From the NCBI GenBank assembly GCA_050485485.1, contig JBJHBM010000005.1, forward strand, positions 11,877 to 75,876: a stretch of DNA of 64,000 bases, written 5' to 3'. The position numbers and the translations under genes are program-made. The DNA is from Alphaproteobacteria bacterium. Its GTDB lineage: Bacteria; Pseudomonadota; Alphaproteobacteria; SMXQ01. This document shows positions 10,301 through 19,639 of this stretch, in pieces. Below the pieces are notes generated by a model. It made no database searches. It had not been told where the DNA came from and was given only the letters and a program-made list of their open reading frames with translations. Each line of letters starts with the position of its first letter. Position 1 is the first letter of the stretch.

Positions 10301-10597
10301 ATGGCGAAGGCGCGAATCTACCGGCCCAGCCGCACCGCGATGCAGCAGGGCAAGGCCAAGACCCGCTTCTGGGTGCTGGAATACGAGCCGGCCGTGCCGC
10401 GCCGCAACGACCCGTTGATGGGCTGGACCTCGGCGCGCGAGACGCGGACTCAGGTCAGGTTGCGCTTCGACAGCCGGGAAGAGGCGGTCGCCTATGCCGA
10501 GCGCAACGGCATCGCATACGAGATTCTTGAGCCCAAGGCGCCGAGACCGATCATCAAGAGCTATGCCGACAATTTCCGTTATGACCGTGTTCGTTAG
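10301..10597 (+). CDS. ETC complex I subunit conserved region protein (bacterial NDUFS4 homologue)
   Basis: MAKARIYRPSRTAMQQGKAKTRFWVLEY…GWTSARET signature of the alphaproteobacterial NDUFS4-like family. GGAGAGG RBS 6 nt upstream. Confidence 0.8.
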   Translation: MAKARIYRPSRTAMQQGKAKTRFWVLEYEPAVPRRNDPLMGWTSARETRTQVRLRFDSREEAVAYAERNGIAYEILEPKAPRPIIKSYADNFRYDRVR

Positions 10598-10614
10598 AGT
10601 CGGCGTGGACCGGG

Positions 10615-10691
10615 GCGCCCTTAGCTCAGTTGGATAGAGCACGAGCCTTCTAAGCTCGGGGTCGCAGGTTCGAATCCTGCAGGGCGCGCCA
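10615..10691 (+). tRNA. tRNA-Arg (anticodon TCT)
   Basis: Acceptor GCGCCCT/AGGGCGC, anticodon loop CTTCTAA, T-arm GGTTCGAATCC, CCA encoded. Confidence 0.9.
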
Positions 10692-10718
10692 CCACCGAAG
10701 TCCGGCTCCCGACAGCAG

Positions 10719-11753
10719 ATGACGATGGACCGCCCTTCGCCGACCGCCTTCGACAGCGTCCTGATCTATACCTGCGAGGATACCGTCGGCGACGGGATCG
10801 TGAAGCTGCCGTTCGTGCGCGCGGCGCGCGGCCGGCTTCCGGCGGCGCGCCTCGTCTGGTGTGCGGGCCGCGGGCCCACGTCCTATGCCGGAGTGCTGGC
10901 GCCGCTGGTCGCGGGTCTGATCGACGAGACCATCGCGAACGCGGGCATCGGCTCGGGGCCTTTCGATTGTCTGAGCCTGAGCGCGCCGCTCGGCGGGCGC
11001 CGTTTCGGCCTCGTAATCGACACCCAGCGCGCGCTGACGCGCACCCTGGCCGTGCGTCGCATCCGCCACGGCCTGTTCGTGTCGGGCACGTCCGGCTACC
11101 GCCTGTCGGACCGGCGTCCGGCACCGAAGGCGCCTGAGCCGCGCCATCTGGTGCGCTATCTGATCGGGTTGCTCGACCTTGCCGCGCCGCCCTCGGCGCG
11201 GGAGGCGCCCGTCGCGCCGCTCGCGTTGCCCGAGGAGCTGCAGGCGGCGGCGCGCGCGGCCCTGCCCGACGGGCCGGCCTACGTCGGTTTTGCGCCGGGC
11301 GCGGGGGACAAGGCCAAGATCTGGCCGCGCGGCGGGTTCGTCGAGCTGGCGCGCCGCCAGGTCGCGCGCGGGCGTGTGCCGGTCTTCTTCCTCGGGCCCG
11401 AAGAGTGCGCGTGGCTGGACGAGTTGCGCGCCGCGGTGCCCGAGGCGCGCTTTCCCGAGTGGGAGGACACCGCACAGGCCGCGGGCGCGCGGGGCCCGGT
11501 CTTCGCCATCGCGCTCGCCGCGCGGCTTGCGGGGGCGGTGGCCAACGATTCGGGGGCGGGACACATGCTGGCGGCGGGCGGGACGGCGCTGGTGTCGCTG
11601 TTCTCCAAGCACGACCCGGCCAAGTACGCGCCGACGGCGGCGCGGCTCGAGATCGTGGATTCAAAGGCCTACGGCGGCACCGACCCCGCCCTGATCCCCG
11701 CCGACGCGGTCGACGCCGCGCTCGAGCGGCTGCTCGGACGGGCGCCGGTTTAG
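10719..11753 (+). CDS. glycosyltransferase family 9 (ADP-heptose:LPS heptosyltransferase-like)
   Basis: N-terminal GDGIVKLPFVRAAR and C-terminal NDSGAGHMLAAGGTALVSLFSKHDPAKYAP match the GT9 donor-binding motif (NDSGxxHLAAA…LFGxT). Long shadow ORFs on the opposite strand rejected. Confidence 0.7.
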   Translation: MTMDRPSPTAFDSVLIYTCEDTVGDGIVKLPFVRAARGRLPAARLVWCAGRGPTSYAGVLAPLVAGLIDETIANAGIGSGPFDCLSLSAPLGGRRFGLVIDTQRALTRTLAVRRIRHGLFVSGTSGYRLSDRRPAPKAPEPRHLVRYLIGLLDLAAPPSAREAPVAPLALPEELQAAARAALPDGPAYVGFAPGAGDKAKIWPRGGFVELARRQVARGRVPVFFLGPEECAWLDELRAAVPEARFPEWEDTAQAAGARGPVFAIALAARLAGAVANDSGAGHMLAAGGTALVSLFSKHDPAKYAPTAARLEIVDSKAYGGTDPALIPADAVDAALERLLGRAPV

Positions 11754-11858
11754 CCCTTTAAAATCCGCAACGGGCGGGGAATAATCCCCCGAACGCCGCT
11801 CGAAAAACGCGACCGGGCGCCCGGCCCGGCGAAACGGCGGAAACGGAAGGGAGGCCCC

Positions 11859-13094
11859 ATGCTGTCGCGCGAGGACAACGAGCTTCTGACCCGGGTCGGC
11901 CCCGGCACCCCGATGGGCACGCTGATGCGGCGCTACTGGGTCCCGGTGGCGTTCTCCGAGCAGCTCGCGGCGCCCGATTCGCCCCCCGTCCGGGTGCGGC
12001 TCCTGTGCGAGGACCTGGTGGCGTTCCGCGACAGCGACGGCCGGGTGGGGCTGGTGGAGGAGCGCTGCCCGCACCGCAACGCCTCGCTGTTCTTCGGGCG
12101 CAACGAGGAACGCGGCCTGCGCTGCGTCTATCACGGCATCAAGTTCGACGTGACCGGCGCCTGCGTGGACGTCCCCTGCCTGCCGCCCGACACGCCCGCC
12201 CCCCAGGTCGAGGCGGTCAAGCGCCAGATGCGGCTCACGGCCTATCCCTGCATCGAGAAGGGCGGCGTGATCTGGGCCTATATGGGCCCGCCCGCGAAGC
12301 GCCCCGAGTTCCCGGACCTCGAGTGGGCGCTGCTGCCGGCCGACCGCCGCTTCGCCACCCGCCACATCCAGGAGTGCAACTGGCTCCAGGGCGTCGAGGG
12401 CGGCTACGACGCGCCGCACCTCACCTTCCTGCACGGCGGCAGCGCCGAGCCGAGCCGCCGCGTGGTACCGAGCTTCTACGAGGTGCTGCCCACCGATTTC
12501 GGCTTCGTGGTGGGCACCGGCCGCGACCTCGGCGAAAACGACATCCACTGGAACATCAACGTGTTCCTGATGCCGTTTCACAAGATCATCTCGTCGCAGC
12601 CCCACGCCGCCCACGTCTGGATGCCGATCGACGATGAGAACACGATGCTCTACAGCATCAACTTCAACCCCTATCGCGCCTTCACGCCCGAGGACCTCGC
12701 GCGCGAGACCAGCTTCGACGGCATCCACACCGAGAACATCCCCGGCACCGACCGCGCCGTCGCCAACAAGGACAACGACTACCTCATCGACCGCGCCCTC
12801 CAGGCCAGCGGCAGGTCCTACACCGGCATGAAAGGGCTCGGCATCCAGGACTGCTCGGTGCAGGAATCGATGGGCCCCGTCTCAGACCGCACCCGCGAGC
12901 ACCTGCTCCCGACCGACGTCGCGATCGCCAAGATTCGCCGCCTGCTGCTGGACACGCTCAAGGACCTGGCGGCGGGCAAGGAGCCCCCGGGCCTCGACCC
13001 GCGCAGCTTCCGGGTGCGCTCGGCGCGCTTTCAGGCGCCGCGGGAGGCCGACGTCCTCGACGACGTGCGCGCGCGCGTGCGCGTCGAAGGCTGA
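11859..13094 (+). CDS. Rieske (2Fe-2S) aromatic-ring-hydroxylating oxygenase alpha subunit (phthalate/vanillate-type class IA)
   Basis: Rieske motif CPHRNASL…CVYHGIKF; mononuclear iron region (NWLQGVEGGYDAPHLTFLH). Confidence 0.85.
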   Translation: MLSREDNELLTRVGPGTPMGTLMRRYWVPVAFSEQLAAPDSPPVRVRLLCEDLVAFRDSDGRVGLVEERCPHRNASLFFGRNEERGLRCVYHGIKFDVTGACVDVPCLPPDTPAPQVEAVKRQMRLTAYPCIEKGGVIWAYMGPPAKRPEFPDLEWALLPADRRFATRHIQECNWLQGVEGGYDAPHLTFLHGGSAEPSRRVVPSFYEVLPTDFGFVVGTGRDLGENDIHWNINVFLMPFHKIISSQPHAAHVWMPIDDENTMLYSINFNPYRAFTPEDLARETSFDGIHTENIPGTDRAVANKDNDYLIDRALQASGRSYTGMKGLGIQDCSVQESMGPVSDRTREHLLPTDVAIAKIRRLLLDTLKDLAAGKEPPGLDPRSFRVRSARFQAPREADVLDDVRARVRVEG

Positions 13095-13217
13095 GTCCCG
13101 GGGGACGCTTCCGGCGCCCCCGTACCCGCGATTTCGCCTCCCTACCGGTCCGCCCCCCGTCCGGGGCGCACCCCGCCCCAGTATCCGTCAACCCGAGAAG
13201 AAAGAGAGATCGCATCC

Positions 13218-14852
13218 ATGAACGGCGCCCAGGTCATTGCCGAGATCCTCAAGAGGGAGGGAACCGAGTTCCTCGCCTGCTATCCCCGCAACCCGCTGAT
13301 CGACGCCTGCGCGGCGCTCGACATCCGCACCGTCCTGTGCCGCCAGGAGCGCATCGGCGTCGGCATGGCCGACGGATTCTCCCGCGTGCGGCGCGGCAAG
13401 CAGAACGGCGTGTTCGCGGCCCAGCACGGCCCCGGCATCGAGAACGCCTTCGCCGGCGTGGCCCAGGCCTTTTCCGAGAACGTGCCGATGCTGGTGATCC
13501 CGGCCGGCTTCTCGGGCGAGCGCCAGTACATCCGCCCGACGTTCCGCGCGGCCGAAGTGTACCGGCCGGTCACCAAGTGGTCGGCGATGGTCCACACCAC
13601 GGCCGAGATTCCCGACGTGATGCGCCGTGCCTACCAGGCGATGCGCAGCGGCAAGGGCGGCCCGGTGCTGGTCGAGGTCCCGAACCAGGTGTTCGAAGCC
13701 GACCACGAGGGCGAGATCGACTACCGCCCGGTGCCGGCGATGCGTGCGGCCCCCGACCCCGACGCGGTGCGCGAGGCGGCCCGGATGCTGCTCGCGGCCC
13801 GGTCGCCGGTGCTGTGGGCGGGGCAGGGCGTGCTCTACGCCGAGGCCGGAGACCGCCTGCTCGCGCTCGCGGAGATGCTGCCGGCACCCGTGGTCTGCAC
13901 CAACCCCGGCAAGAGCGCGGTGCCCGACAGCCACCCGCTCGCCCTCGGCGGCTCGACGCGCTCGCGCTCCAAGATGTTCGCGGAGTTCATGCGGCGCGCG
14001 GACCTCGTCTGCGCGATCGGCTCCTCGCTCACCAGGACCTCGTTCGGCCCCGGCGTACCGTCCGGCAAGACCATCATCCATTCGACCAACGAGCCCGCCG
14101 ACATCAACAAGGACTACCGCGCCGACCACGCGCTGATCGGCGACGCCGCGCTGGTGATCGAGGCGCTGATCGAGGAGGTGGGCCGCCAGAGGAAAGGCGG
14201 CGGTGACGCGCTCGCCGCGCTCAAGGCGGAGATCGCGACGATCAAGAAGGACTGGCTCGCCGAGTGGAAGGCGCAGCTCGAATCGGACGAGGTGCCGATC
14301 AACCAGTATCGCGTCATCGGCGAACTGCTGCGGCTGGTGGACCGCGACAACGCCATCGTGACCCACGATTCGGGCAGCCCGCGCGAGCAGACCCTGCCGT
14401 TCTGGGAGACCACGCGCGCGGGCGGCTACATGGGCTGGGGCAAGTCCACCCAACTCGGCTACGGCCTCGGCCTCGCGCTCGGCGCCAAGCTCGCCGCACC
14501 CGACAAGTTCTGCATGAACATCATGGGCGACTGCTCGTTCGGCATGTCCGGCATGGACATCGAGACGGCGTCGCGCAACGGCATCGCCATCTTCACGGTG
14601 GTGTTCAACAACGGCGTGATGGCGTGCGAGCGCCATGTCCTGGAGACGTCCACCGAGAAGTTCGGCGCCGTCAACGTCGGCGGCAACTACGCCAAGGTGG
14701 CCGAGGGCCTCAATGTCGCCTCGCGGCGGGTGGAGAAGCCCGGCGACCTCGCCGGAGCGATCAAGGAAGGCATCGAGATCAACGCTTCGGGCCGCCCGTT
14801 CCTGCTCGAGGCCGTCGTCAAGGAAGGCTACGACTTCTCGCGCTATCCGTAG
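13218..14852 (+). CDS. thiamine-diphosphate-dependent enzyme (acetolactate-synthase-like large-subunit family)
   Basis: N-terminal Pyr domain (GVGMADGFSRV…HGPGIENAFAGVAQA), central domain, C-terminal PP domain with the GDCSFGMSGMDIETASRNG ThDP/Mg motif. Confidence 0.85.
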   Translation: MNGAQVIAEILKREGTEFLACYPRNPLIDACAALDIRTVLCRQERIGVGMADGFSRVRRGKQNGVFAAQHGPGIENAFAGVAQAFSENVPMLVIPAGFSGERQYIRPTFRAAEVYRPVTKWSAMVHTTAEIPDVMRRAYQAMRSGKGGPVLVEVPNQVFEADHEGEIDYRPVPAMRAAPDPDAVREAARMLLAARSPVLWAGQGVLYAEAGDRLLALAEMLPAPVVCTNPGKSAVPDSHPLALGGSTRSRSKMFAEFMRRADLVCAIGSSLTRTSFGPGVPSGKTIIHSTNEPADINKDYRADHALIGDAALVIEALIEEVGRQRKGGGDALAALKAEIATIKKDWLAEWKAQLESDEVPINQYRVIGELLRLVDRDNAIVTHDSGSPREQTLPFWETTRAGGYMGWGKSTQLGYGLGLALGAKLAAPDKFCMNIMGDCSFGMSGMDIETASRNGIAIFTVVFNNGVMACERHVLETSTEKFGAVNVGGNYAKVAEGLNVASRRVEKPGDLAGAIKEGIEINASGRPFLLEAVVKEGYDFSRYP

Positions 14853-14890
14853 CCTCCGGCACCGAACGGACAACACCGAAACAAGACAAC

Positions 14891-15973
14891 ATGGAGGTCA
14901 GCATGTCGTACAAGGGCTTTCTGCGGAACACCACAGCCGTCCTCGCGGCGGCCGGTGCGGCCACGGTCCTCGCGGCGCCTGTCGTGGCCCAGGAGGCGTT
15001 CTATAAGGGCAAGACCGTCACGATCATCACCAGCACGGGGGCGGGCGGCACTTATGACACGGTCGCCCGCGCCATCGCGCGCCACATGCCGCGCCATCTG
15101 GCCGGCGCGCCGACGATGATCGTCCAGAACATGCCGGGCGGCGGCAACGTGCTCGCCACCAACCACATGTACAACGTCGCCCCCAAGGACGGCACGGTGA
15201 TCGCGACCCTGCACAACGCCATGCCAACCCATCAGGTGCTCGACGGGCGCGGGGTCCGGTTCGACGCGCGCAGGTTCAACTGGCTCGGCTCCACCGGACC
15301 GGAGAACTCCGCCATCATTACCTGGCATACCACGGGCGTGACCACGTTCCGACAGTTCAGGGAGCAAGAGGTGATCGTGGGCGGCACCGGGGCGGGGTCC
15401 GGCATCGTGATCTTCCCGACCGTGATGAACAACGTGCTCGGCACCAAGTTCAGGATCGTGATCGGCTACAAGAGCTCGGATGAGGTCAACGTCGCCATGG
15501 AGCGCGGTGAGGTGCAGGCGCGCAGCTCCGGCCTCGGCTCGCTGTTCAGCCACAACTACGACTGGGTAACGGGCAAGAAGGTCAACTTCGTCGCCCAGGT
15601 CGGCGCTCGCCGCGACAAGCGCATCGCCGACGTGCCTCTGTTGCAGGAGTTCGCTGAAACCGAGGAGCAGAAGCAGATACTGCTGCTGATCTCGGCGCCG
15701 ACTGCGCTCGGCAAGCCCTATACCGCGCCGCCAGACGTCCCGACCGAGCGGGTGGCGGCGCTGCGCGCGGCGTTCATGGCGACGCTCAACGACGCCACCT
15801 TGTTGGGAGAGATGAACAAGCTCAACATCGAGATCGAGCCGATGACGGGAGAGGAGGTGACGCAGATCGTGATGGATACGGTCAACGCCTCGCCGGCGGC
15901 CATCGAGAAGGCCCGTGCGGCACTGCCCCAGGCCGAGAAAAAGGATTCGAAGAAGGATCCGAAGGGCAACTGA
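14891..15973 (+). CDS. TctC/Bug-family tripartite tricarboxylate transporter substrate-binding protein (intact)
   Basis: Signal peptide; FYKGKTVTIITSTGAGGTYD…; full-length paralogue of the frameshifted gene at 348..1368. Confidence 0.85.
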   Translation: MEVSMSYKGFLRNTTAVLAAAGAATVLAAPVVAQEAFYKGKTVTIITSTGAGGTYDTVARAIARHMPRHLAGAPTMIVQNMPGGGNVLATNHMYNVAPKDGTVIATLHNAMPTHQVLDGRGVRFDARRFNWLGSTGPENSAIITWHTTGVTTFRQFREQEVIVGGTGAGSGIVIFPTVMNNVLGTKFRIVIGYKSSDEVNVAMERGEVQARSSGLGSLFSHNYDWVTGKKVNFVAQVGARRDKRIADVPLLQEFAETEEQKQILLLISAPTALGKPYTAPPDVPTERVAALRAAFMATLNDATLLGEMNKLNIEIEPMTGEEVTQIVMDTVNASPAAIEKARAALPQAEKKDSKKDPKGN

Positions 15974-15989
15974 ACGACGGACGGCGGGA

Positions 15990-16919
15990 TCAGTATCCCG
16001 CCGCCTTGTCCACGACGTAGGGCAAGGGCTCACCCGCGCGCACCTTGCGGATCGCCTCCACTACCCGCTCGGCGCTGAAGGCGGCGCGGCCGACGCAGGC
16101 GTAGTGCGGTGTCATGGTGACCTTCGGGTGATGCCAGAACGGATGGTCCTCGGGCAGCGGCTCGACCTCGTAGACGTCGAGGGCCGCGCCCGAGAGATGG
16201 CCTGAATCCATCAGCTCGAGCAGGGCCGTCTCGTCGATCAGGTTGCCGCGCCCGACGTTGATGACGTAGGCGCCCTTGGGCAGGCGCAGGAGCCGCTCGC
16301 GCGTGAGCACGCGCCGGGTGCCGGGCGTCCCCGGCAGGATGCCCACCACAATGTGCGAGCGGGCGAGGAAGGCGTCCAGCTCGTCCGGGCCGGCGAAGCT
16401 CTCGATACCTTCGAGGTCATGGCGGGAGCGTGTCCAGCCCGCGACCGCGTAGCGCAAGTCGCGAAGCGTTTGGGCTACCGTGCCGCCGAGGTTGCCGAGG
16501 CCCATCACCCCGACCCGCACGTCCCCGGGCGGGGGGTACTTGAGATGCTCCCACTTCGCCCGTGCCTGATTCGCGCGATATTCGTCGAAGCGCCGGTGAT
16601 GGCGGATGACGTGGTAAAGCACCAGGCCGGTCATGGTGGCGGCGCGCTCGGCGTTGGCCTGGCGCAGGATCGGAACATGGGCGGGAAGGGAGGAATCCTT
16701 GAGCAGCCGCTCGACTCCCACCGCGGTCCCCGCCACGAACTTGAGGTTGGGGAACGTGGTGAAGGCGCCGTCCGGCAGGTCGTTGGCAATGATGAACTCG
16801 ATCTCTTCCCGGTTGCCGGCATCGGGCCAGACGCGGATATCGAGGTCCGGCATGGCCGATCGTATGGCGTCCACCCAGTGTTCCGCGGGGTCGCGTCCCG
16901 CCTTGATCAGCAAAGCCAT
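15990..16919 (-). CDS. D-isomer-specific 2-hydroxyacid dehydrogenase (glyoxylate/hydroxypyruvate reductase A-like)
   Basis: NAD-binding GVMGLGNLGGTVAQ, catalytic R/E/H region (INVGRGNLIDETALLELMDSGHLSGAALDVYEVEP). Confidence 0.85.
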   Translation of the reverse strand: MALLIKAGRDPAEHWVDAIRSAMPDLDIRVWPDAGNREEIEFIIANDLPDGAFTTFPNLKFVAGTAVGVERLLKDSSLPAHVPILRQANAERAATMTGLVLYHVIRHHRRFDEYRANQARAKWEHLKYPPPGDVRVGVMGLGNLGGTVAQTLRDLRYAVAGWTRSRHDLEGIESFAGPDELDAFLARSHIVVGILPGTPGTRRVLTRERLLRLPKGAYVINVGRGNLIDETALLELMDSGHLSGAALDVYEVEPLPEDHPFWHHPKVTMTPHYACVGRAAFSAERVVEAIRKVRAGEPLPYVVDKAAGY

Positions 16920-16955
16920 GTGATCCTCCCTCCTGTCTGTCGTGGGCCGCGGCGT

Positions 16956-17387
16956 TCAGCCGCCGTCGCGCCCATAGAGCTTCTTGGGGTCCACCGTCAC
17001 CGGCACGATCTCGGCGAGCTTGCCGCCGCGCGGCGCACGGAAGAAACAGGTGTGGCGGCCGGTGTGGCAGGCGACCCCGGTCTGGTCTACGGTGAGCAGC
17101 ACGGTGTCGCCGTCGCAGTCCACCCGGAAGTCGCGCATGAACTGGACCTGACCCGAGCTTTCGCCTTTGCGCCACAGCCTCCCGCGCGAGCGCGACCAGT
17201 AGTGGACCTCGCCGGTCTCGAAGGTGGCGCGCACGGCATCGCGGTTCATCCAGGCGAGCATCAGCACCTCGCCGGTCCCAGCTTCCTGGGCGATGGCGGG
17301 AACGAGGCCGTCGGCGTCGAATCGAATCTCCGCCAGCGCGGCCTCCGCCGCCCGGACCCGTTCGGCCGCCTGATCCTGTTCGCTCAT
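16956..17387 (-). CDS. hisI: phosphoribosyl-AMP cyclohydrolase
   Basis: [41 protein letters not shown]…[21 protein letters not shown] is the canonical HisI signature. Confidence 0.9.
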   Translation of the reverse strand: MSEQDQAAERVRAAEAALAEIRFDADGLVPAIAQEAGTGEVLMLAWMNRDAVRATFETGEVHYWSRSRGRLWRKGESSGQVQFMRDFRVDCDGDTVLLTVDQTGVACHTGRHTCFFRAPRGGKLAEIVPVTVDPKKLYGRDGG

Positions 17388-17524
17388 GGGACTGCGTCCT
17401 TCCGCTCCTGCGGACTTGGTTAGACCAGCGAAAAGCCCGATATGTCAACGCTGTCGGGGGTGAATTGCAACAATATAACGATTTCACTAGACTGATGACC
17501 GGACCGGATGGGAAAAGGCCCACC

Positions 17525-18028
17525 ATGAGCGGCAGCACGACCCCGACCGCGCTCAGGCGCAACCACAACCACGACCGCTGCATCGACGCAGCGCTCGTGG
17601 CCGCCACGTCGCGCTGCCAGGAGACCGGCGCGCGGCTCACGCCGATGCGCCGCCGGGTGCTGGAGATCATCTGGCAGTCCCACAAGCCGCTTGGCGCCTA
17701 CGACATCCTCGACGTGCTGGCGGGAGAGGGGCATCGGCCGATGCCGCCGACCGTTTACCGGGCACTCGAGTTCCTGCTGGGGCAGGGGCTGATCCACCGG
17801 ATACCGTCCCTCAACGCCTTCATCGGCTGCGTCGAGCCGGCCAAATCCCACGCCGGTCAGTACCTGATCTGCCGCACTTGCGGAACGGTCGCGGAGCTCA
17901 CCGACGACGCGCTTTCGGCGCGGCTCACCTCGCGCGCGCGCGCGCACGGCTTCAAGGTCGAAAGCATGCTGACCGAACTGGTCGGCCAATGTCCCGCCTG
18001 CGCCGCGTCCGGCGAGGCGGCGCGATGA
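17525..18028 (+). CDS. zur: Fur-family zinc uptake regulator Zur
   Basis: Fur-family wHTH (RLTPMRRRVLEIIWQSHKPLGAYDI) and C-terminal CxxC pairs (CRTCGTV…CPACAAS). Stop overlaps the znuC start (ATGA). Confidence 0.8.
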   Translation: MSGSTTPTALRRNHNHDRCIDAALVAATSRCQETGARLTPMRRRVLEIIWQSHKPLGAYDILDVLAGEGHRPMPPTVYRALEFLLGQGLIHRIPSLNAFIGCVEPAKSHAGQYLICRTCGTVAELTDDALSARLTSRARAHGFKVESMLTELVGQCPACAASGEAAR

Positions 18029-18849
18029 CCGTCACGGCCGCGCGCGCCGACGGCGCATTGTTGGTCGAGGCCCGCGACATCCACGTGACGCTGGGCGAGC
18101 GCGAGGTGCTGTGCGGTGTGTCGATGGCGGTGCGGAGCGGCGAGGTCGTTTCCATCATAGGCCCCAACGGCGCCGGAAAATCCACCCTGATCCGCGTGCT
18201 GATGGGCGTGGCGCGGCCCGACCGCGGGTCGGTGACGCGCAAGCCTGGCCTTACGGTCGGCTATGTCCCGCAGCGCATGGAAATCGATCCGGCGCTGCCC
18301 CTCAACGTGTGGCGCTTCCTCGCGGTCGCGTGTCGCGACCGGAACCGGATCGAAGAGGCCCTCGCCGAAGTGGGCGTGCCCGACGCCGCGCCCAAGGCGG
18401 TGCAGGCCCTGTCGGGGGGCGAACTGCGGCGCGTGATGCTGGCGCGCGCGATCCTGCGCGAGCCCGACCTGTTGGTGCTCGATGAGCCGCTGGCGGGCGT
18501 GGACGTGGCCGGACAGGCCGAGCTCTACCGCCTGATCGGGCAGCTGCGCCGGCGCTACCGCGCGGGCGTGCTGATGGTCTCCCACGATCTCCACCTCGTG
18601 ATGGCGGAGACCGACAGCGTGATCTGCCTCAACGGCCATGTCTGCTGCGCGGGCCACCCCGAGGCCGTGAGCCGCGACCCGGCCTATGCCGCCCTGTTCG
18701 GCGCGACCCTCGACCGCACCGTGGCGCTCTATACCCATGCCCACGACCACGTCCATGACGGCGCGGGACACGTCGTGCCGCTCGCGGAACACGCCCACGA
18801 CGGGCCCGATGAAGGAACCCACGAGGGAGAGCGCGTACGCCATGGATGA
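18025..18849 (+). CDS. znuC: zinc ABC transporter ATP-binding protein ZnuC
   Basis: Walker A GPNGAGKST, LSGGELRRV, LLVLDEP; His-rich C-terminal tail (HAHDHVHDGAGHVVPLAEHAHDG) typical of ZnuC. Confidence 0.85.
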   Translation: MTVTAARADGALLVEARDIHVTLGEREVLCGVSMAVRSGEVVSIIGPNGAGKSTLIRVLMGVARPDRGSVTRKPGLTVGYVPQRMEIDPALPLNVWRFLAVACRDRNRIEEALAEVGVPDAAPKAVQALSGGELRRVMLARAILREPDLLVLDEPLAGVDVAGQAELYRLIGQLRRRYRAGVLMVSHDLHLVMAETDSVICLNGHVCCAGHPEAVSRDPAYAALFGATLDRTVALYTHAHDHVHDGAGHVVPLAEHAHDGPDEGTHEGERVRHG

Positions 18850-19639
18850 TTTCCTGACCCGCGCGGTGCTCGCGGGCCTGGCGGTGGCGGCGGTTTCCGG
18901 GCCGCTCGGCTGCCTCGTGGTATGGCGCCGCATGGCCTTCTTCGGCTCGACGCTGGCCCATACCGCGCTGCTCGGCATCGCGCTCGGCTTCCTGCTCGAC
19001 ATCAACCTGACGCTCGGCATGATCGGGGTCGGCGCGGCGGTGGCCTTCATGCTGGTGGCGGCCGAGGGACGCCATGGGCTCGCCACCGACACACTGCTCT
19101 CGATCCTGGCCCACTCTGCGCTGGCGGCGGGGGTGGTGGCCATCGCCTTCCTGGAGGGGCTCAGGGTGGACCTGATGGCCTACCTGTTCGGCGACATCCT
19201 GGCCGTGACCCGCGCCGACGTCGGCCTGATCGCGGGCGTAGCGCTGGCCGGGCTCGGCGCCATCGCGCTCCTGTGGCGGCCGCTCCTGCGCATCGCCATC
19301 CACGAGGAGATGGCGGCGGCGGAAGGCGTCCCTGTGATGGCGGTACGGATCGCCTTCATGGTGTTGCTCGCGGTGGTGGTCGCGGTGGCGCTGCGGGTGG
19401 TGGGAATCCTGCTGGTAACCTCGATGCTGGTGATCCCGGCGGCGGCGGCGCGACGCTTCGCCGCGACGCCCGAGAGCATGGCGGCGATCGCCCTGGCGAT
19501 CGGCGCGGCTTCCGTGCTGGCGGGAATCGGCGCCTCGGTGCGGTGGGACCTGCCGGCGGGGGGCGCCATCGTGATGGCGGCGACGGCGGCCTTCGTGCTG
19601 GTGCTGATGGTGCCCGCGCGGCGCGCGTTCAGGCGGTGA
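18842..19639 (+). CDS. znuB: zinc ABC transporter permease ZnuB
   Basis: MDDFLTRAVLAGL…; eight predicted TM helices; 8-bp overlap with znuC. Confidence 0.85.
   Translation: MDDFLTRAVLAGLAVAAVSGPLGCLVVWRRMAFFGSTLAHTALLGIALGFLLDINLTLGMIGVGAAVAFMLVAAEGRHGLATDTLLSILAHSALAAGVVAIAFLEGLRVDLMAYLFGDILAVTRADVGLIAGVALAGLGAIALLWRPLLRIAIHEEMAAAEGVPVMAVRIAFMVLLAVVVAVALRVVGILLVTSMLVIPAAAARRFAATPESMAAIALAIGAASVLAGIGASVRWDLPAGGAIVMAATAAFVLVLMVPARRAFRR

Noticed and set aside
7927-10302. Single 791-aa ORF in the table
   Set aside because: Only 7927..9414 is coding (fused binding-protein/permease). The upstream 296 codons overlap the ABC ATPase gene (9438..10187) in another frame and translate to low-complexity sequence.
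10621-11664. 347-aa minus-strand ORF, extremely Pro/Arg-rich, overlapping the tRNA-Arg and GT9 gene
   Set aside because: It overlaps a tRNA and lies antisense to a gene with conserved GT9 motifs. Its composition is a GC artefact.
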